Numbered from the stretch's first letter, positions 20,563-30,113 are shown. The stretch: DNA of 64,000 bases from an uncultured Acidobacteriota bacterium (GCA_963822445.1 CAWGHO010000002.1:2469242-2533241), one strand, 5' to 3'. Program-made: numbers and translations. The notes: generated by a model from the sequence alone, not told the origin.

Positions 20563-22008
20563 ATGCTGAAGCAGAAAGCCAACGTCATTGCCAGGATCGT
20601 CTACGGAGTCGATCTGGCCCTCACTACCATCGCGTTCTTCGCGGCGTTCTTCATCCGCGACCTTCTGCTTCCCGTCATCGATCCCGTCCATTTCCCGACC
20701 GGCCTCTTTCCGCTGGTCGAGTACCTGAAGATCTACCCGATCATCCTGATCATCTGGTCGATCCTCTTCTTCACCTACGAGAGCTATCACTCCCACCGCA
20801 CGGTTCCGCTGACGCAGGAAGCGCTGACCACCATTCGCGTGGTCGCCGTCGGCAATGTCCTCCTGGCGACGCTCGCGTACCTCCTGCCGCTCCGGCAGCT
20901 CTCGCGTTCCTGGTTCGTGCTCTTCGCGGTCATCGCGGCGGTGCTGCTCGTCGCGGAGAAGATCCTGGTGCGGGTCATCGCGCGGTGGGTGCGCTCGAAG
21001 GGCTTGAACTATCGAACGGTGCTCATCGTCGGCACCGGCCGGCGCGCGACCGAGATCGCCCGGATGATCGCCGACCACAAATACTGGGGCTACAAGATCC
21101 TCGGATTCGTCAGCGACGGCCACCATCTGTCGAACGGGTGGACGCGTTACCGCATCTTCGGAACCGTGCCGCAGCTCAAGCACATCCTGGAGACCGGCGA
21201 GATCGTCGAGCCGATCGACGAGATCGTGTTCGCGGTCACGCGGAAGAAGCTCGATGAGATGAAGCAGATCTTTCTGCTCTGCGAAGAGCTGGGAATCCGC
21301 ACGCGAGTGGCGATGAACTTCTTCCAGAACCGCGTGGCGCGGCTGGAGATCGAAGAGCTGGAAGGCGTGCCGTTCCTGACCTTCACCACCACGCCGTCGA
21401 ACGAAGCGCAACTGGCCGCGAAGCGCGCGCTCGACATCGCCATCTCGATGCTGCTCCTGTCGCTGTCGCTGCCGGCCATCACCATCGCCGCGCTGGCCAT
21501 CAAGCTTTCCTCGCCCGGCTCGGTGCTGTTCAAGCAGAAACGCATCGGCCTGAACGGCCGCATGTTCACGCTCTACAAGTTCCGCACGATGATCGCGGAC
21601 GCGCACGAGCGCCGCGAGGAAGTCGCGCATCTCAACGAGATGGGCGGCCCGGCGTTCAAGGCGAAGGAAGATCCGCGCGTGACACCGGTCGGCCGCTGGC
21701 TGCGCCGCTTCTCGCTCGATGAGCTGCCGCAGCTCTGGAACGTGCTCAAAGGCGACATGAGCCTGGTCGGTCCGCGTCCGCCGATTCCGGAGGAAGTGGC
21801 GTCGTATCACCGCTGGCATCGCCGGCGCCTGTCGATGAAGCCGGGCCTGACCTGCCTCTGGCAGATCAGCGGCCGCAACGAGATCCAGGACTTCGACCGC
21901 TGGATGAAGCTCGACCTGCAGTACATCGACAACTGGTCGCCGAAGCTGGACATGAAGATCCTGTTGAAGACGATTCCGGCGGTGTTGAGCGGCAAAGGCG
22001 CGTCGTAG
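20563..22008 (+). CDS. polyprenyl-phosphate sugar phosphotransferase (WcaJ/WbaP-like priming transferase)
   Basis: N-terminal TMs, KRALDI, YKFRTM, DPRVT.VG, SLDELPQL.NVLKGDMSLVGPRP, KPGLT..WQ. Confidence 0.95.
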   Translation: MLKQKANVIARIVYGVDLALTTIAFFAAFFIRDLLLPVIDPVHFPTGLFPLVEYLKIYPIILIIWSILFFTYESYHSHRTVPLTQEALTTIRVVAVGNVLLATLAYLLPLRQLSRSWFVLFAVIAAVLLVAEKILVRVIARWVRSKGLNYRTVLIVGTGRRATEIARMIADHKYWGYKILGFVSDGHHLSNGWTRYRIFGTVPQLKHILETGEIVEPIDEIVFAVTRKKLDEMKQIFLLCEELGIRTRVAMNFFQNRVARLEIEELEGVPFLTFTTTPSNEAQLAAKRALDIAISMLLLSLSLPAITIAALAIKLSSPGSVLFKQKRIGLNGRMFTLYKFRTMIADAHERREEVAHLNEMGGPAFKAKEDPRVTPVGRWLRRFSLDELPQLWNVLKGDMSLVGPRPPIPEEVASYHRWHRRRLSMKPGLTCLWQISGRNEIQDFDRWMKLDLQYIDNWSPKLDMKILLKTIPAVLSGKGAS

Positions 22009-22080
22009 TTACGGGGTTTCGAGGTTACGAGGTCCGGGGGTGACTCCCTCGTAACCCCGAAACCTCGTAACCCCGCAACC
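22008..22080. repeat. inverted pair of 8-nt tandem arrays (GGTTRCGR type)
   Basis: GTTACGG GGTTTCGA GGTTACGA GG ... CCTCGTAA CCCCGAAA CCTCGTAA CCCCGCAA CC. Confidence 0.92.
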
Positions 22081-22086
22081 TATACT
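22081..22086 (+). promoter_or_regulatory. putative -10 element TATACT, 8 nt before ATG (leaderless-type)
   Basis: Near-consensus hexamer in GC-rich context; no SD between it and ATG 22095. Confidence 0.6.
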
Positions 22087-22094
22087 TCGGCTCC

Positions 22095-23480
22095 ATGCCG
22101 AAGTTAGATCCCACCACAGATGACTTCCGCGCCGCCGGTCATCGCCTGATCGACTGGGTCGCCGACTACCTCCAGAACATCGATTCCTATCCGGTGCTCT
22201 CGTCGGCGAAGCCCGGCGACGTCCAGCGGCAGTTCGCCGCGGCAGCGAGCGAAGAGGGCAAGCCGTACGACGCGCTCATCGCCGAATTCGAGTCGAAGAT
22301 CCTCCCCGGCATCACCCACTGGAACCATCCCTCGTTCTTCGCCTACTTCTCCGTCACCGGGTCGCAGGCGGGCATTCTCGGCGAGCTCCTGTCCGCGGCC
22401 ATCAACGCGAACGGGATGCTCTGGAAGACGTCTCCGGCGCTGACGGAGCTGGAGACGCTCGCGCTGCGCTGGCTGCGCGACGCCCTCGGCCTGCCGTCGA
22501 ATCTCTTCGGCGTCATCAACGACACGGCGTCGATCAACGTCTTCCTGGCCCTGGCCGCCGCGCGCGAAGCGACGGGCCTGGACATTCGCGGGAAGGGGAT
22601 GACCGGGCGCGATCTGCCGCCGCTCCGGCTCTATTGCTCCGAACACGCCCACTCGTCGGTCGACAAAGGCGCGCTGGCGCTCGGCTTCGGATCGACGGGC
22701 ATCGTGAAGGTCGCCGCAGACGAGCAGTTCCGCATGCGTCCCGAGGCGCTCGCCGACGCGATTGCGAAAGATCGCGCGGCCGGCGCGTTGCCATGTGTCG
22801 TCGTCGCGACCACGGGCACGACGTCAACCGCGGCTGTCGATCCCGTTCGCGAGATCGGCGCAATCGCCGCGCGCGAGAACTGCTGGCTGCACGTCGACGC
22901 CGCGTACGCGGGCTCGGCGACGATCTGCGAGGAAAACCGCTGGATCTGGGACGGCGTCGCCGAATACGCGGACTCGATCGTCACCAACCCGCACAAATGG
23001 CTCTTCACCCCGATCGACTGCAGCGTGCTGTACACCCGCCGTCCGGACGTCCTTCGCGAGACCTTCTCGCTCGTGCCCGAATACCTGAAGACGACCGACA
23101 CCGCGGAGATCAACTACATGGATTACGGCCTCCAGCTCGGCCGCCGGTTCCGCGCGCTGAAGTTATGGATGGTGATGGAGCACTACGGACTGGAGCGCCT
23201 GCGCACGGTCATTCGCGAGCAGATCGGGTTCGCGGAACGCCTCGCCGAAGAATTGCGATCCCGCGATGACGTCGAAGTGCTCTCGCAATCGTTCAGCGTG
23301 GTCGTCTTCCGTTTGCGCGCTGGCGATGATGCCACCGCGGCGGCGATGGAGAAGATGAACGCCAGCGGCAAGTTCTTCGTGTCCCACACGAAACTGCGGG
23401 GGCATTACGCGATTCGTGTGGCCATCGGCAACGGCGCCACGGAATGGCGGCACGTGCAGCAGATCCTGAGCTCTCTGTGA
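22095..23480 (+). CDS. PLP-dependent group II decarboxylase (aromatic L-amino acid decarboxylase-like)
   Basis: PGITHWNHP.FFAYF, HSSVDK, WLHVDAAYAG, NPHKW, LGRRFRALKLW. Confidence 0.93.
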   Translation: MPKLDPTTDDFRAAGHRLIDWVADYLQNIDSYPVLSSAKPGDVQRQFAAAASEEGKPYDALIAEFESKILPGITHWNHPSFFAYFSVTGSQAGILGELLSAAINANGMLWKTSPALTELETLALRWLRDALGLPSNLFGVINDTASINVFLALAAAREATGLDIRGKGMTGRDLPPLRLYCSEHAHSSVDKGALALGFGSTGIVKVAADEQFRMRPEALADAIAKDRAAGALPCVVVATTGTTSTAAVDPVREIGAIAARENCWLHVDAAYAGSATICEENRWIWDGVAEYADSIVTNPHKWLFTPIDCSVLYTRRPDVLRETFSLVPEYLKTTDTAEINYMDYGLQLGRRFRALKLWMVMEHYGLERLRTVIREQIGFAERLAEELRSRDDVEVLSQSFSVVVFRLRAGDDATAAAMEKMNASGKFFVSHTKLRGHYAIRVAIGNGATEWRHVQQILSSL

Positions 23481-24256
23481 TGCGCGCGCTGGTCATCCTC
23501 GTCCTTCTCGCATCCTGCACGAGCACGAACCGCATGATCCAGACCGGATTTCTCGATCGCACCGTGACGGTCGGAGCGTCCTCGTATCCCTACGTCGTCC
23601 ACGTCCCGCGCGAGTGGACGCCGGCCCGCACCTGGCCGGTAGTGTTGTTTTTCCACGGCGCCGGCGAGCGAGGGAGCGACGGCCGGCGGCAGATGCAGAT
23701 CGGTGCCGCGAGTGCGATCCGTTCCTCACCGGAACGGGTCCCGGCCCTGGTCGTCCTGCCCCAGGCACCGGCGGACGAGCGATGGATCGGGGCTCCTGCC
23801 GATGCGGCCATGAAGGCGCTCGAGGAGGTGGTGGCCGAGTACCGCGGAGACCGCGAGCGCATCTATCTCACCGGGTTGTCGCTCGGAGGCTTCGGCACGT
23901 GGCATCTCGCGCTGGCTCACCCCCGAGTGTTCGCCGCGCTCGTTCCGGTTTGCGGCGGCATCGTGCCGAATGGCTCCGCGACGTCGGTCCGGCAATCACC
24001 TCTCACGCTTGCCGCGCCGGACCCTTACGCCTTCACTGCCGCGCGTCTGCGCCACCTGCCGGTCTGGATGTTCCACGGCAGCGAGGACACTGTCATTCAC
24101 CCTTCCGAGTCGCGCAGGATGCACGAGGCGCTGCGCGCCGCGGGTGGAGAGGTCCGCTACACGGAGTACGACAAGGTTGGCCACGATGCGTGGATCCGCG
24201 CGTACGGCGACGCGGAGATGTGGACCTGGCTATTTCAGCAACGACGCCGGCAGTGA
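23480..24256 (+). CDS. lipoprotein, alpha/beta hydrolase (predicted peptidase/esterase)
   Basis: Lipobox LASC; FFHGAGERGSD, TGLSLGGFG, FHGSED, GHDAW. Confidence 0.88.
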   Translation: MRALVILVLLASCTSTNRMIQTGFLDRTVTVGASSYPYVVHVPREWTPARTWPVVLFFHGAGERGSDGRRQMQIGAASAIRSSPERVPALVVLPQAPADERWIGAPADAAMKALEEVVAEYRGDRERIYLTGLSLGGFGTWHLALAHPRVFAALVPVCGGIVPNGSATSVRQSPLTLAAPDPYAFTAARLRHLPVWMFHGSEDTVIHPSESRRMHEALRAAGGEVRYTEYDKVGHDAWIRAYGDAEMWTWLFQQRRRQ

Positions 24257-26059
24257 GGCCTGCACGACACGAATGACCGCGTCGCCGAACGCCTCCAGCT
24301 TCGCGTCACCGATCCCGTAGATTCCGCGCAACTCGTACAAGGTCGACGGCCGCGCGCGCGAAAGCTCGCGCAGGGTCTTGTCGCTGAAGATGACGTACGG
24401 CGGCACGCCGCGCTCCTGCGCTTCGCTGCGCCGCCATGCTCGCAAAGCCTCGAAGAGCTGGCGATCGTACGGCGTGCCCTCATCGGCCGGCAGTCGTCGC
24501 GAAACGGATGGAACCGCATCGCGCTTCCGCACCGCCGGCTGCCGCAACACCACGTCGGCAAGACCGCGCGTGACTTCACGGGCTCTCGGTCCGAGGCGGA
24601 GGACGGGGTATTGATCGTCGGTCTGGTGGAGGAAGCCTTGAGCGACCAGTTGGTAGATCCATTCGCGCACGTCGTGGCGTGTCTCGCCCTTCAGCAGTCC
24701 GTACGTCGAAAGCTGATCGTGACCGCGATCGCGAATCCGTTCCGTGTCTTCGCCGCGGAGTACGCCGACGACATGCGCGACACCGAACGATTCCCGAACC
24801 CGATAAACGCAGGACACGATCTTCTGCGCGACGATCAACGCGTCCGGCACCAGCTCCGTCTCGCCCAGGCAGATGTCGCAGGCGCGGCAATCCTCGGCGG
24901 CGTGTTCCTGCCCGAAGTACTCGACCAGCGCGCGATGGCGGCACGACGCGCCGGAGCAGTAGCGGTCCATATCATTGAGATGGCGCAGCATCGATTCCGC
25001 GTGGGCGCGATCGCCATTCGAGTCCGCCAGCATCGACTTCCAGGTCATGAAATCGGAGCCGGAGTAGAGCAGCACGCACTCGGCCTCCAGACCATCGCGG
25101 CCCGCGCGTCCCGATTCCTGCTGGTAATGCTCGATCGATTTCGGCATGGCCGTGTGCAGGACGAAGCGGACGTTCGAGCGGTCGATGCCCATTCCGAATG
25201 CGACGGTGGCTACGACCAGATCGCATTTTTCGTTCGAGAACGCGTCCTGCGCATCGCGGCGCTCGTCCTGCGTCAGCCCGGCGTGATAGGCGACGGCGTT
25301 GTGTCCCTTGCGGCGAAGCTTCTCGGAAAGCGAATCGACGTCCTTGCGGCGGATGCAGTAGACGATGCCCGCCTCGCCGCGGTGCCGCTCGATGACGTCG
25401 AGCACCTGTTTGGACTCCTCCTGCCGCGGAAGGACGCGGTAGGTGAGATTGGGGCGATCGAAATCGCCGACGAGCACCAGCGGCTTGCGCAGCCCGAGTT
25501 GCTCGGAGATGTCTTTGCGGACCTGCGGCGTCGCCGTCGCGGTGTACGCGTGAACCGAGCTGTCCGGAAACTGATCGCGCAGGGTCTGCAGCTGGCGGTA
25601 CTCCGGCCGGAAATCGTGACCCCAGTGGCTGATGCAGTGGGCCTCGTCGATCGCGAAGGTCTTCACGTTCGCTGTCGAAAGAAACTCGCGGCAGCGCGGC
25701 GTCGCCAGCCGTTCCGGCGAAACGAAGAGCAGCTTCACTTCGCCCCGCGCCACGGCCCGCTCCACGCGCCGTAGATCGTCGATCGACTGCGAGCTGTTGA
25801 GCTGTCCCGCCGGCACGCCGCATTCGCGAAGGCCGTCGACCTGGTCCTTCATCAGGGAGATCAGCGGCGAAACGACCACGGTCACGGAGTCCTGCAGGAC
25901 CGCAGGTGCCTGATAACAGAGGGATTTGCCGCCGCCCGTGGGCATGACCACCAGAGCATCGCGGCCGGAGAGCGCTGCCAGCATGGCCTCTTCCTGCAGA
26001 GGCCGGAGCGAGTCATATCCCCAATGTTTGTTGATGATCTCCAGGAGCCGGGCGCGCAC
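24230..26059 (-). CDS. recQ: ATP-dependent DNA helicase RecQ
   Basis: MPTGGGKSLCYQ, DEAHCISHWGHDFRPEY, QESGRAGRDG, RQC Cys cluster, HRDC domain. Confidence 0.98.
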   Translation of the reverse strand: MRARLLEIINKHWGYDSLRPLQEEAMLAALSGRDALVVMPTGGGKSLCYQAPAVLQDSVTVVVSPLISLMKDQVDGLRECGVPAGQLNSSQSIDDLRRVERAVARGEVKLLFVSPERLATPRCREFLSTANVKTFAIDEAHCISHWGHDFRPEYRQLQTLRDQFPDSSVHAYTATATPQVRKDISEQLGLRKPLVLVGDFDRPNLTYRVLPRQEESKQVLDVIERHRGEAGIVYCIRRKDVDSLSEKLRRKGHNAVAYHAGLTQDERRDAQDAFSNEKCDLVVATVAFGMGIDRSNVRFVLHTAMPKSIEHYQQESGRAGRDGLEAECVLLYSGSDFMTWKSMLADSNGDRAHAESMLRHLNDMDRYCSGASCRHRALVEYFGQEHAAEDCRACDICLGETELVPDALIVAQKIVSCVYRVRESFGVAHVVGVLRGEDTERIRDRGHDQLSTYGLLKGETRHDVREWIYQLVAQGFLHQTDDQYPVLRLGPRAREVTRGLADVVLRQPAVRKRDAVPSVSRRLPADEGTPYDRQLFEALRAWRRSEAQERGVPPYVIFSDKTLRELSRARPSTLYELRGIYGIGDAKLEAFGDAVIRVVQASLPASLLK

Positions 26060-26100
26060 TGTTTGGAATGGTACCGCGTGTGTGCTATCTCTCGCCGCTC

Positions 26101-26634
26101 ATGCCCTCGATCCGCGCCAGCGCAAGATACGCGCGCGCTCTTCAAGCCACCGCCGAGCTCCTGGGAAAGCTGCGCATCGACGCGATGTACGTCGGCAACG
26201 TGGCCCGCGCGGCCTGGCTCGACCTCGAAGTCGACTCCGGCGCGATCGATCTGCTGGCGCTGATGAATGCGCCGCAGAAAGGGCAGCTGGCGATGATGGC
26301 TTCGAACCGCGGCTTTCGCGTCGAGCGGGAGGAGGTCGAGCAGAGCGAGGAGCTCGATCTGGTGCCGATCAACTTCGTCGATGCGGAAGGCGACGTGCGC
26401 GTGCACGTGCTCCTCGCGTCGAACGCGCTCTACGCGAGGATGTTCGCCGGCGGGCATGCCGCGACCATCGGCGATCGCGAAGTGAAGGTCGCCTCGCCCG
26501 AAGATCTCGCGCTGATGCTGCTCATGGCCGATGACGACGAAGCGGTGAAGCGTTTGACGGCCTTGCCGGAATTCAACCGCGACGCCTTTCGCGAGCGGCT
26601 GGCCTCGATCGGCCTGGGAGCGGCGGCACCATGA
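26101..26634 (+). CDS. hypothetical protein, degenerate nucleotidyltransferase-like
   Basis: YVGNVA...AIDLL and VASPEDL..M resemble AbiEii/DUF6036-type NTase motifs; ATGA overlap with rnd. Confidence 0.55.
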   Translation: MPSIRASARYARALQATAELLGKLRIDAMYVGNVARAAWLDLEVDSGAIDLLALMNAPQKGQLAMMASNRGFRVEREEVEQSEELDLVPINFVDAEGDVRVHVLLASNALYARMFAGGHAATIGDREVKVASPEDLALMLLMADDDEAVKRLTALPEFNRDAFRERLASIGLGAAAP

Positions 26635-27749
26635 AGTGGATCGACCGCCAGGACGCGCTCGAGTCCGCGCTGAAAGAAGTGTCGACGCATCCGCAGATCG
26701 CGGTCGATACCGAAGCGGACTCGCTGCACTCGTACTTCGACAAGGTCTGTCTGGTGCAGATCACCGCTGGTGCCGAGGATCTGATCGTCGATCCGCTGGC
26801 GGGGGTGGATCTGAAGCCGTTCGGCGAGGTTCTCGCCAATCCCGACATCACCAAGGTCTTTCATGGCGGCGATTACGACCTGCGAATCCTGCATCGCGAT
26901 TTCGGCTTCGTGGTCCGCAATCTGATCGACACCTCCATCTGCGCCCAGCTCCTCGGCTACGAAGGCCTCGGCCTGGCCGCGCTGCTGGACCGCCACTTCG
27001 GCGTGAAGCTGAACAAGACCCATCAGCGCGCCGACTGGTCGATGCGCCCGTTGCCGCCGGACATGCTCGCGTACGCGGCGACGGACACGCATTACCTGAT
27101 CGACCTCGCCGCGAAGCTCCGCGAAGAACTGATCGCCCTCGGCCGCTGGAACTGGGCGCTGGAAGAGTTTGCGCGACTCGAAGGCGTCCGCTACCGCGAG
27201 GTCGAGGAGGATGCCGAGACCTGGCGCAAGGTGAAGAACATCGGCAATCTCGATCGGCGGTCGCTGGCCATCGTGCGCGGACTGCATCAGTGGCGCGATC
27301 AGCTCGCGCGCAAAGCGGACCGGCCGCCGTTCAAGGTGATGGGCAACGAGTCGATCGTGGAGATCGCCAAGGCGCGTCCGGTCACCGTGCGCGATCTCGG
27401 TGTGGTCAAAGCGGTGCCGCGGTATCACGTCGATCGCTACGGCCGCGATCTCGTGACCATCGTGAAGCAGGCGATGGAGATCGCCGAAGCGGATCTGCCG
27501 GAGAAGAGCGAGCCGAAGCCGTGGAATCGCGACAAGGCCCTCGAGAATCGGATCAACCGGCTGAAGACAATCCGCGACCGCGTGGCCAAGGAGCTGAAGA
27601 TCGACGGCTCGCTGCTCGCGCCGCGGCACGTGCTCAGCGCCGTCGCGACGAGCGGCAACCTCGACGTCCCCGCCATGCGCGAATGGCAGAAGACGCTCCT
27701 CGGCGACGCGTTTCTCGCGGCGCTGAAACCGGAAGCGAAGCTCTTCTGA
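26631..27749 (+). CDS. rnd: ribonuclease D
   Basis: IAVDTEADS, KVFHGGDYD, DWSMRPL, YAATD (DEDDy); HRDC domain. Confidence 0.95.
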   Translation: MKWIDRQDALESALKEVSTHPQIAVDTEADSLHSYFDKVCLVQITAGAEDLIVDPLAGVDLKPFGEVLANPDITKVFHGGDYDLRILHRDFGFVVRNLIDTSICAQLLGYEGLGLAALLDRHFGVKLNKTHQRADWSMRPLPPDMLAYAATDTHYLIDLAAKLREELIALGRWNWALEEFARLEGVRYREVEEDAETWRKVKNIGNLDRRSLAIVRGLHQWRDQLARKADRPPFKVMGNESIVEIAKARPVTVRDLGVVKAVPRYHVDRYGRDLVTIVKQAMEIAEADLPEKSEPKPWNRDKALENRINRLKTIRDRVAKELKIDGSLLAPRHVLSAVATSGNLDVPAMREWQKTLLGDAFLAALKPEAKLF

Positions 27750-27767
27750 CGTAAAATCCGCGCCCTC

Positions 27768-28766
27768 ATGACTCGCATTACCGATTATCAGGTCGTCATC
27801 ATCGGGTCGGGCCCGGCCGGTTGCACGGCGGCGCTCTACCTCTCCCGCGCGAACATCAAATGCGTCGTCCTCGAGGGCATGCAGCCCGGGGGACAGCTCA
27901 CCATCACCACCGACGTCGAGAATTACCCCGGCTTCCCGGAAGGCATCCTCGGCCCGAAGCTCATGGAGCTGATGCGGCAGCAGGCGGAGCGCTTCGGCGC
28001 GGTCTTCAAGTCGCTCGAGCCGGTCGACACGGTGAACTTCCGCAGCCATCCGTTCGAGGTGAAGACCGAGGGCGGAACGGTGTACGAGTCGCCGGCGGTG
28101 ATCATCGCGTCGGGAGCATCGGCGAAACAGCTCGGCATTCCGAGCGAGCAGCCGCTGCAGGGCTTCGGCATTTCCTACTGCGCGACCTGCGACGGATTCT
28201 TCTTCAAGCAGAAGGACATCATCGTCGTGGGCGGCGGCGACTCGGCGATGGAAGAGGCCACGTTCCTCACCAAGTTCGCGAAACGGGTGACCATCGTTCA
28301 TCGCCGCGAGGAGCTGCGCGCGTCGAAGATCATGCAGGACCGCGCGCGCGGGAACGAGAAGATCGACTTCATCTTCAACAGCACGGTCGACGAGGTCATC
28401 GGGACGAAGGAAGGCGGCGTGACGTCGGTCAAGCTGCGCAACCTCGTGACCGGTGAGGTGACGGACATGGCCACACAGGGCGTGTTCGTGGCCATCGGGC
28501 ACACGCCGAACACGCAACCGTACGTGGGGCAGCTCGAGCTCGATCAGGCCGGGTACATCTGCCTGCCGCATCGGAATTCGACGCTGACGAACATCCAGGG
28601 CGTCTTCGCGTGCGGCGACGTCGTCGATCACATCTACCGTCAGGCGATCACCGCGGCCGGCAGCGGATGCCAGGCCGCGCTCGATTGCGAGCGCTGGCTG
28701 ACGCACGAGCGGATCACCGAGCGCTGGGGATTGCCGGCCGGCGAGGAAGAGCGGACGGAGGCCTAG
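27768..28766 (+). CDS. trxB: thioredoxin-disulfide reductase
   Basis: GSGPAG, GGQL..T.DVENYPGF, CATCDG, GGGDSAMEEA, YRQAITAAGSG. Confidence 0.98.
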   Translation: MTRITDYQVVIIGSGPAGCTAALYLSRANIKCVVLEGMQPGGQLTITTDVENYPGFPEGILGPKLMELMRQQAERFGAVFKSLEPVDTVNFRSHPFEVKTEGGTVYESPAVIIASGASAKQLGIPSEQPLQGFGISYCATCDGFFFKQKDIIVVGGGDSAMEEATFLTKFAKRVTIVHRREELRASKIMQDRARGNEKIDFIFNSTVDEVIGTKEGGVTSVKLRNLVTGEVTDMATQGVFVAIGHTPNTQPYVGQLELDQAGYICLPHRNSTLTNIQGVFACGDVVDHIYRQAITAAGSGCQAALDCERWLTHERITERWGLPAGEEERTEA

Positions 28767-28818
28767 CCGGCACGGCCGGCGGCGCTGGTTGCTGCGCTCC
28801 GGCACGTGCGGCTGCCCT
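28766..28818. repeat. 53-bp dispersed repeat, copy 2
   Basis: 47/53 identical to 3109-3161. Confidence 0.85.
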
Positions 28819-28835
28819 TGGCTTCGGCTGCCGTG

Positions 28836-29072
28836 TCAGGACAGCCGGTCTTTCGCTCCGGTCTCCCCAGCCCCGCGCGAGCAGTTCGCGCAGCAGTAGA
28901 ACGTGCCGTCGGCCTCGATGCCGTGGCCGATGACCATGCAGCCGCAGTGGGCGCATTTCGGGGCGAGCTTGTGGATCGCGCACTCGAAGCTGTCGAACGT
29001 GCCGCTGCCGCGCGGGCCGCTCACCTCGAACGATTTGTCGTAGTCATTGCCGCAGACGTCGCATCTGGCCAT
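28836..29072 (-). CDS. small Cys-rich metal-binding protein (metallothionein-like)
   Basis: MARCDVCGNDYDKSF...FDSFECAIHKLAPKCAHCGC..IGHG.E...YCCANC; GGAGG SD upstream of ATG 29072. Confidence 0.85.
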   Translation of the reverse strand: MARCDVCGNDYDKSFEVSGPRGSGTFDSFECAIHKLAPKCAHCGCMVIGHGIEADGTFYCCANCSRGAGETGAKDRLS

Positions 29073-29126
29073 GGAGACCTCCGGGCGAAGTGCGGAGCAA
29101 TAAAAAGGCCGTCCGCCGTGCTCCAG

Positions 29127-29173
29127 CGCCGGGCAGGATGCCCGGCGCGATGCGGGCGAGACGCCCGCCCTAC
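29127..29173. repeat. REP-like palindromes (GTAG-GGCGGGCGTCTCGCCCGC on minus strand) plus adjacent GC hairpin
   Basis: 29152-29173 closely matches the units at 62767-62816; GCGCCGGGCA-GGA-TGCCCGGCGC hairpin alongside. Confidence 0.75.
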
Positions 29174-29183
29174 ACGCAAAGCA

Positions 29184-29213
29184 CAAAAAAAGGCCGCCCC
29201 TTGCGAGGCGGCC
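29184..29213 (-). terminator. intrinsic terminator of M23 peptidase gene
   Basis: Minus strand AGGCCGCCTC-GCAA-GGGGCGGCCT followed by a T run, about 25 nt after the stop. Confidence 0.88.
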
Positions 29214-29237
29214 TCCGCTCCTTGCGTGAAGCGAACT

Positions 29238-30113
29238 TTAGAACGCGTTGAGGATGTACTCGAGCGGGTTCACCGGGTTGTTGTTCACCCGCACCTCGTA
29301 GTGCAGGTGGGGGCCGGTGGAGCGGCCGGTGGAGCCGACGTAGCCGATCACGTCGCCGCGCTTCACGCGGGCGCCGGGGCGGGTGGCGAACGATTTCAGG
29401 TGGCCGTAGCGGGTCGAGTAGCCGTAGCCGTGGGAGATGAAGATCACGTTGCCGTAGCCGTTCGCCCATTCCGCCTTGACCACGATGCCGTCGGCGGGGG
29501 AGCGGACCGGCTGTCCGACTGCTGACGAGATGTCGACCGCGTTGTGCTGGCCCGCTTCACCGGTGAAGGGATCCGAGCGGCCGCCGAAGCCGTCCGTGAG
29601 AATGCCGCGGACCGGGGCGATCGAAGGGGTGGAGGAGAGAATCCGGGACTGCGCCACGAACCGCTGCTCGAGGACCGAGAGGTCCTTGTTCAGATTGTTC
29701 GAGCGGAAGCTCATCTTGTCGATGTCGTCGCGGTAGGGGTTCGCTGCCAGCTCGTCGTTCCGCACGCCGCCGGTGCCGCCCTGAGCTGCCTCGTCGAGCG
29801 TGGTGATGCCGGCGATGATGGCCAGCTTGCGGGTCCGGTCTTCCACCGTCCGGAGCTGGCTGCGGAGCGACTCCACCGACTTGCCGAACTGCTCGTTGGC
29901 GGTCTGGAGCTCGCTGTTCTCGCGGCGGAGCTTCGAGAGCTCGTGGGTCTGCGAGAGGGAAGTGAAGTACTGAACCGAGAAGAACGTCGAAAGGCAGAGA
30001 GAGGAAGTGATCAGCGAAACGATCGAAAAGAGCAGGCGGTGCGACACCTTCAACTTTCGGAACTTGGCCCGCGCGTGCGGGACAAAAATGATCGTTGAAT
30101 AGCGTTTATCCAT
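29238..30113 (-). CDS. M23 family metallopeptidase with N-terminal TM and coiled coil
   Basis: HNAVD, YSTRYGHL, GSTGRSTGPHLHYEV. Confidence 0.95.
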   Translation of the reverse strand: MDKRYSTIIFVPHARAKFRKLKVSHRLLFSIVSLITSSLCLSTFFSVQYFTSLSQTHELSKLRRENSELQTANEQFGKSVESLRSQLRTVEDRTRKLAIIAGITTLDEAAQGGTGGVRNDELAANPYRDDIDKMSFRSNNLNKDLSVLEQRFVAQSRILSSTPSIAPVRGILTDGFGGRSDPFTGEAGQHNAVDISSAVGQPVRSPADGIVVKAEWANGYGNVIFISHGYGYSTRYGHLKSFATRPGARVKRGDVIGYVGSTGRSTGPHLHYEVRVNNNPVNPLEYILNAF

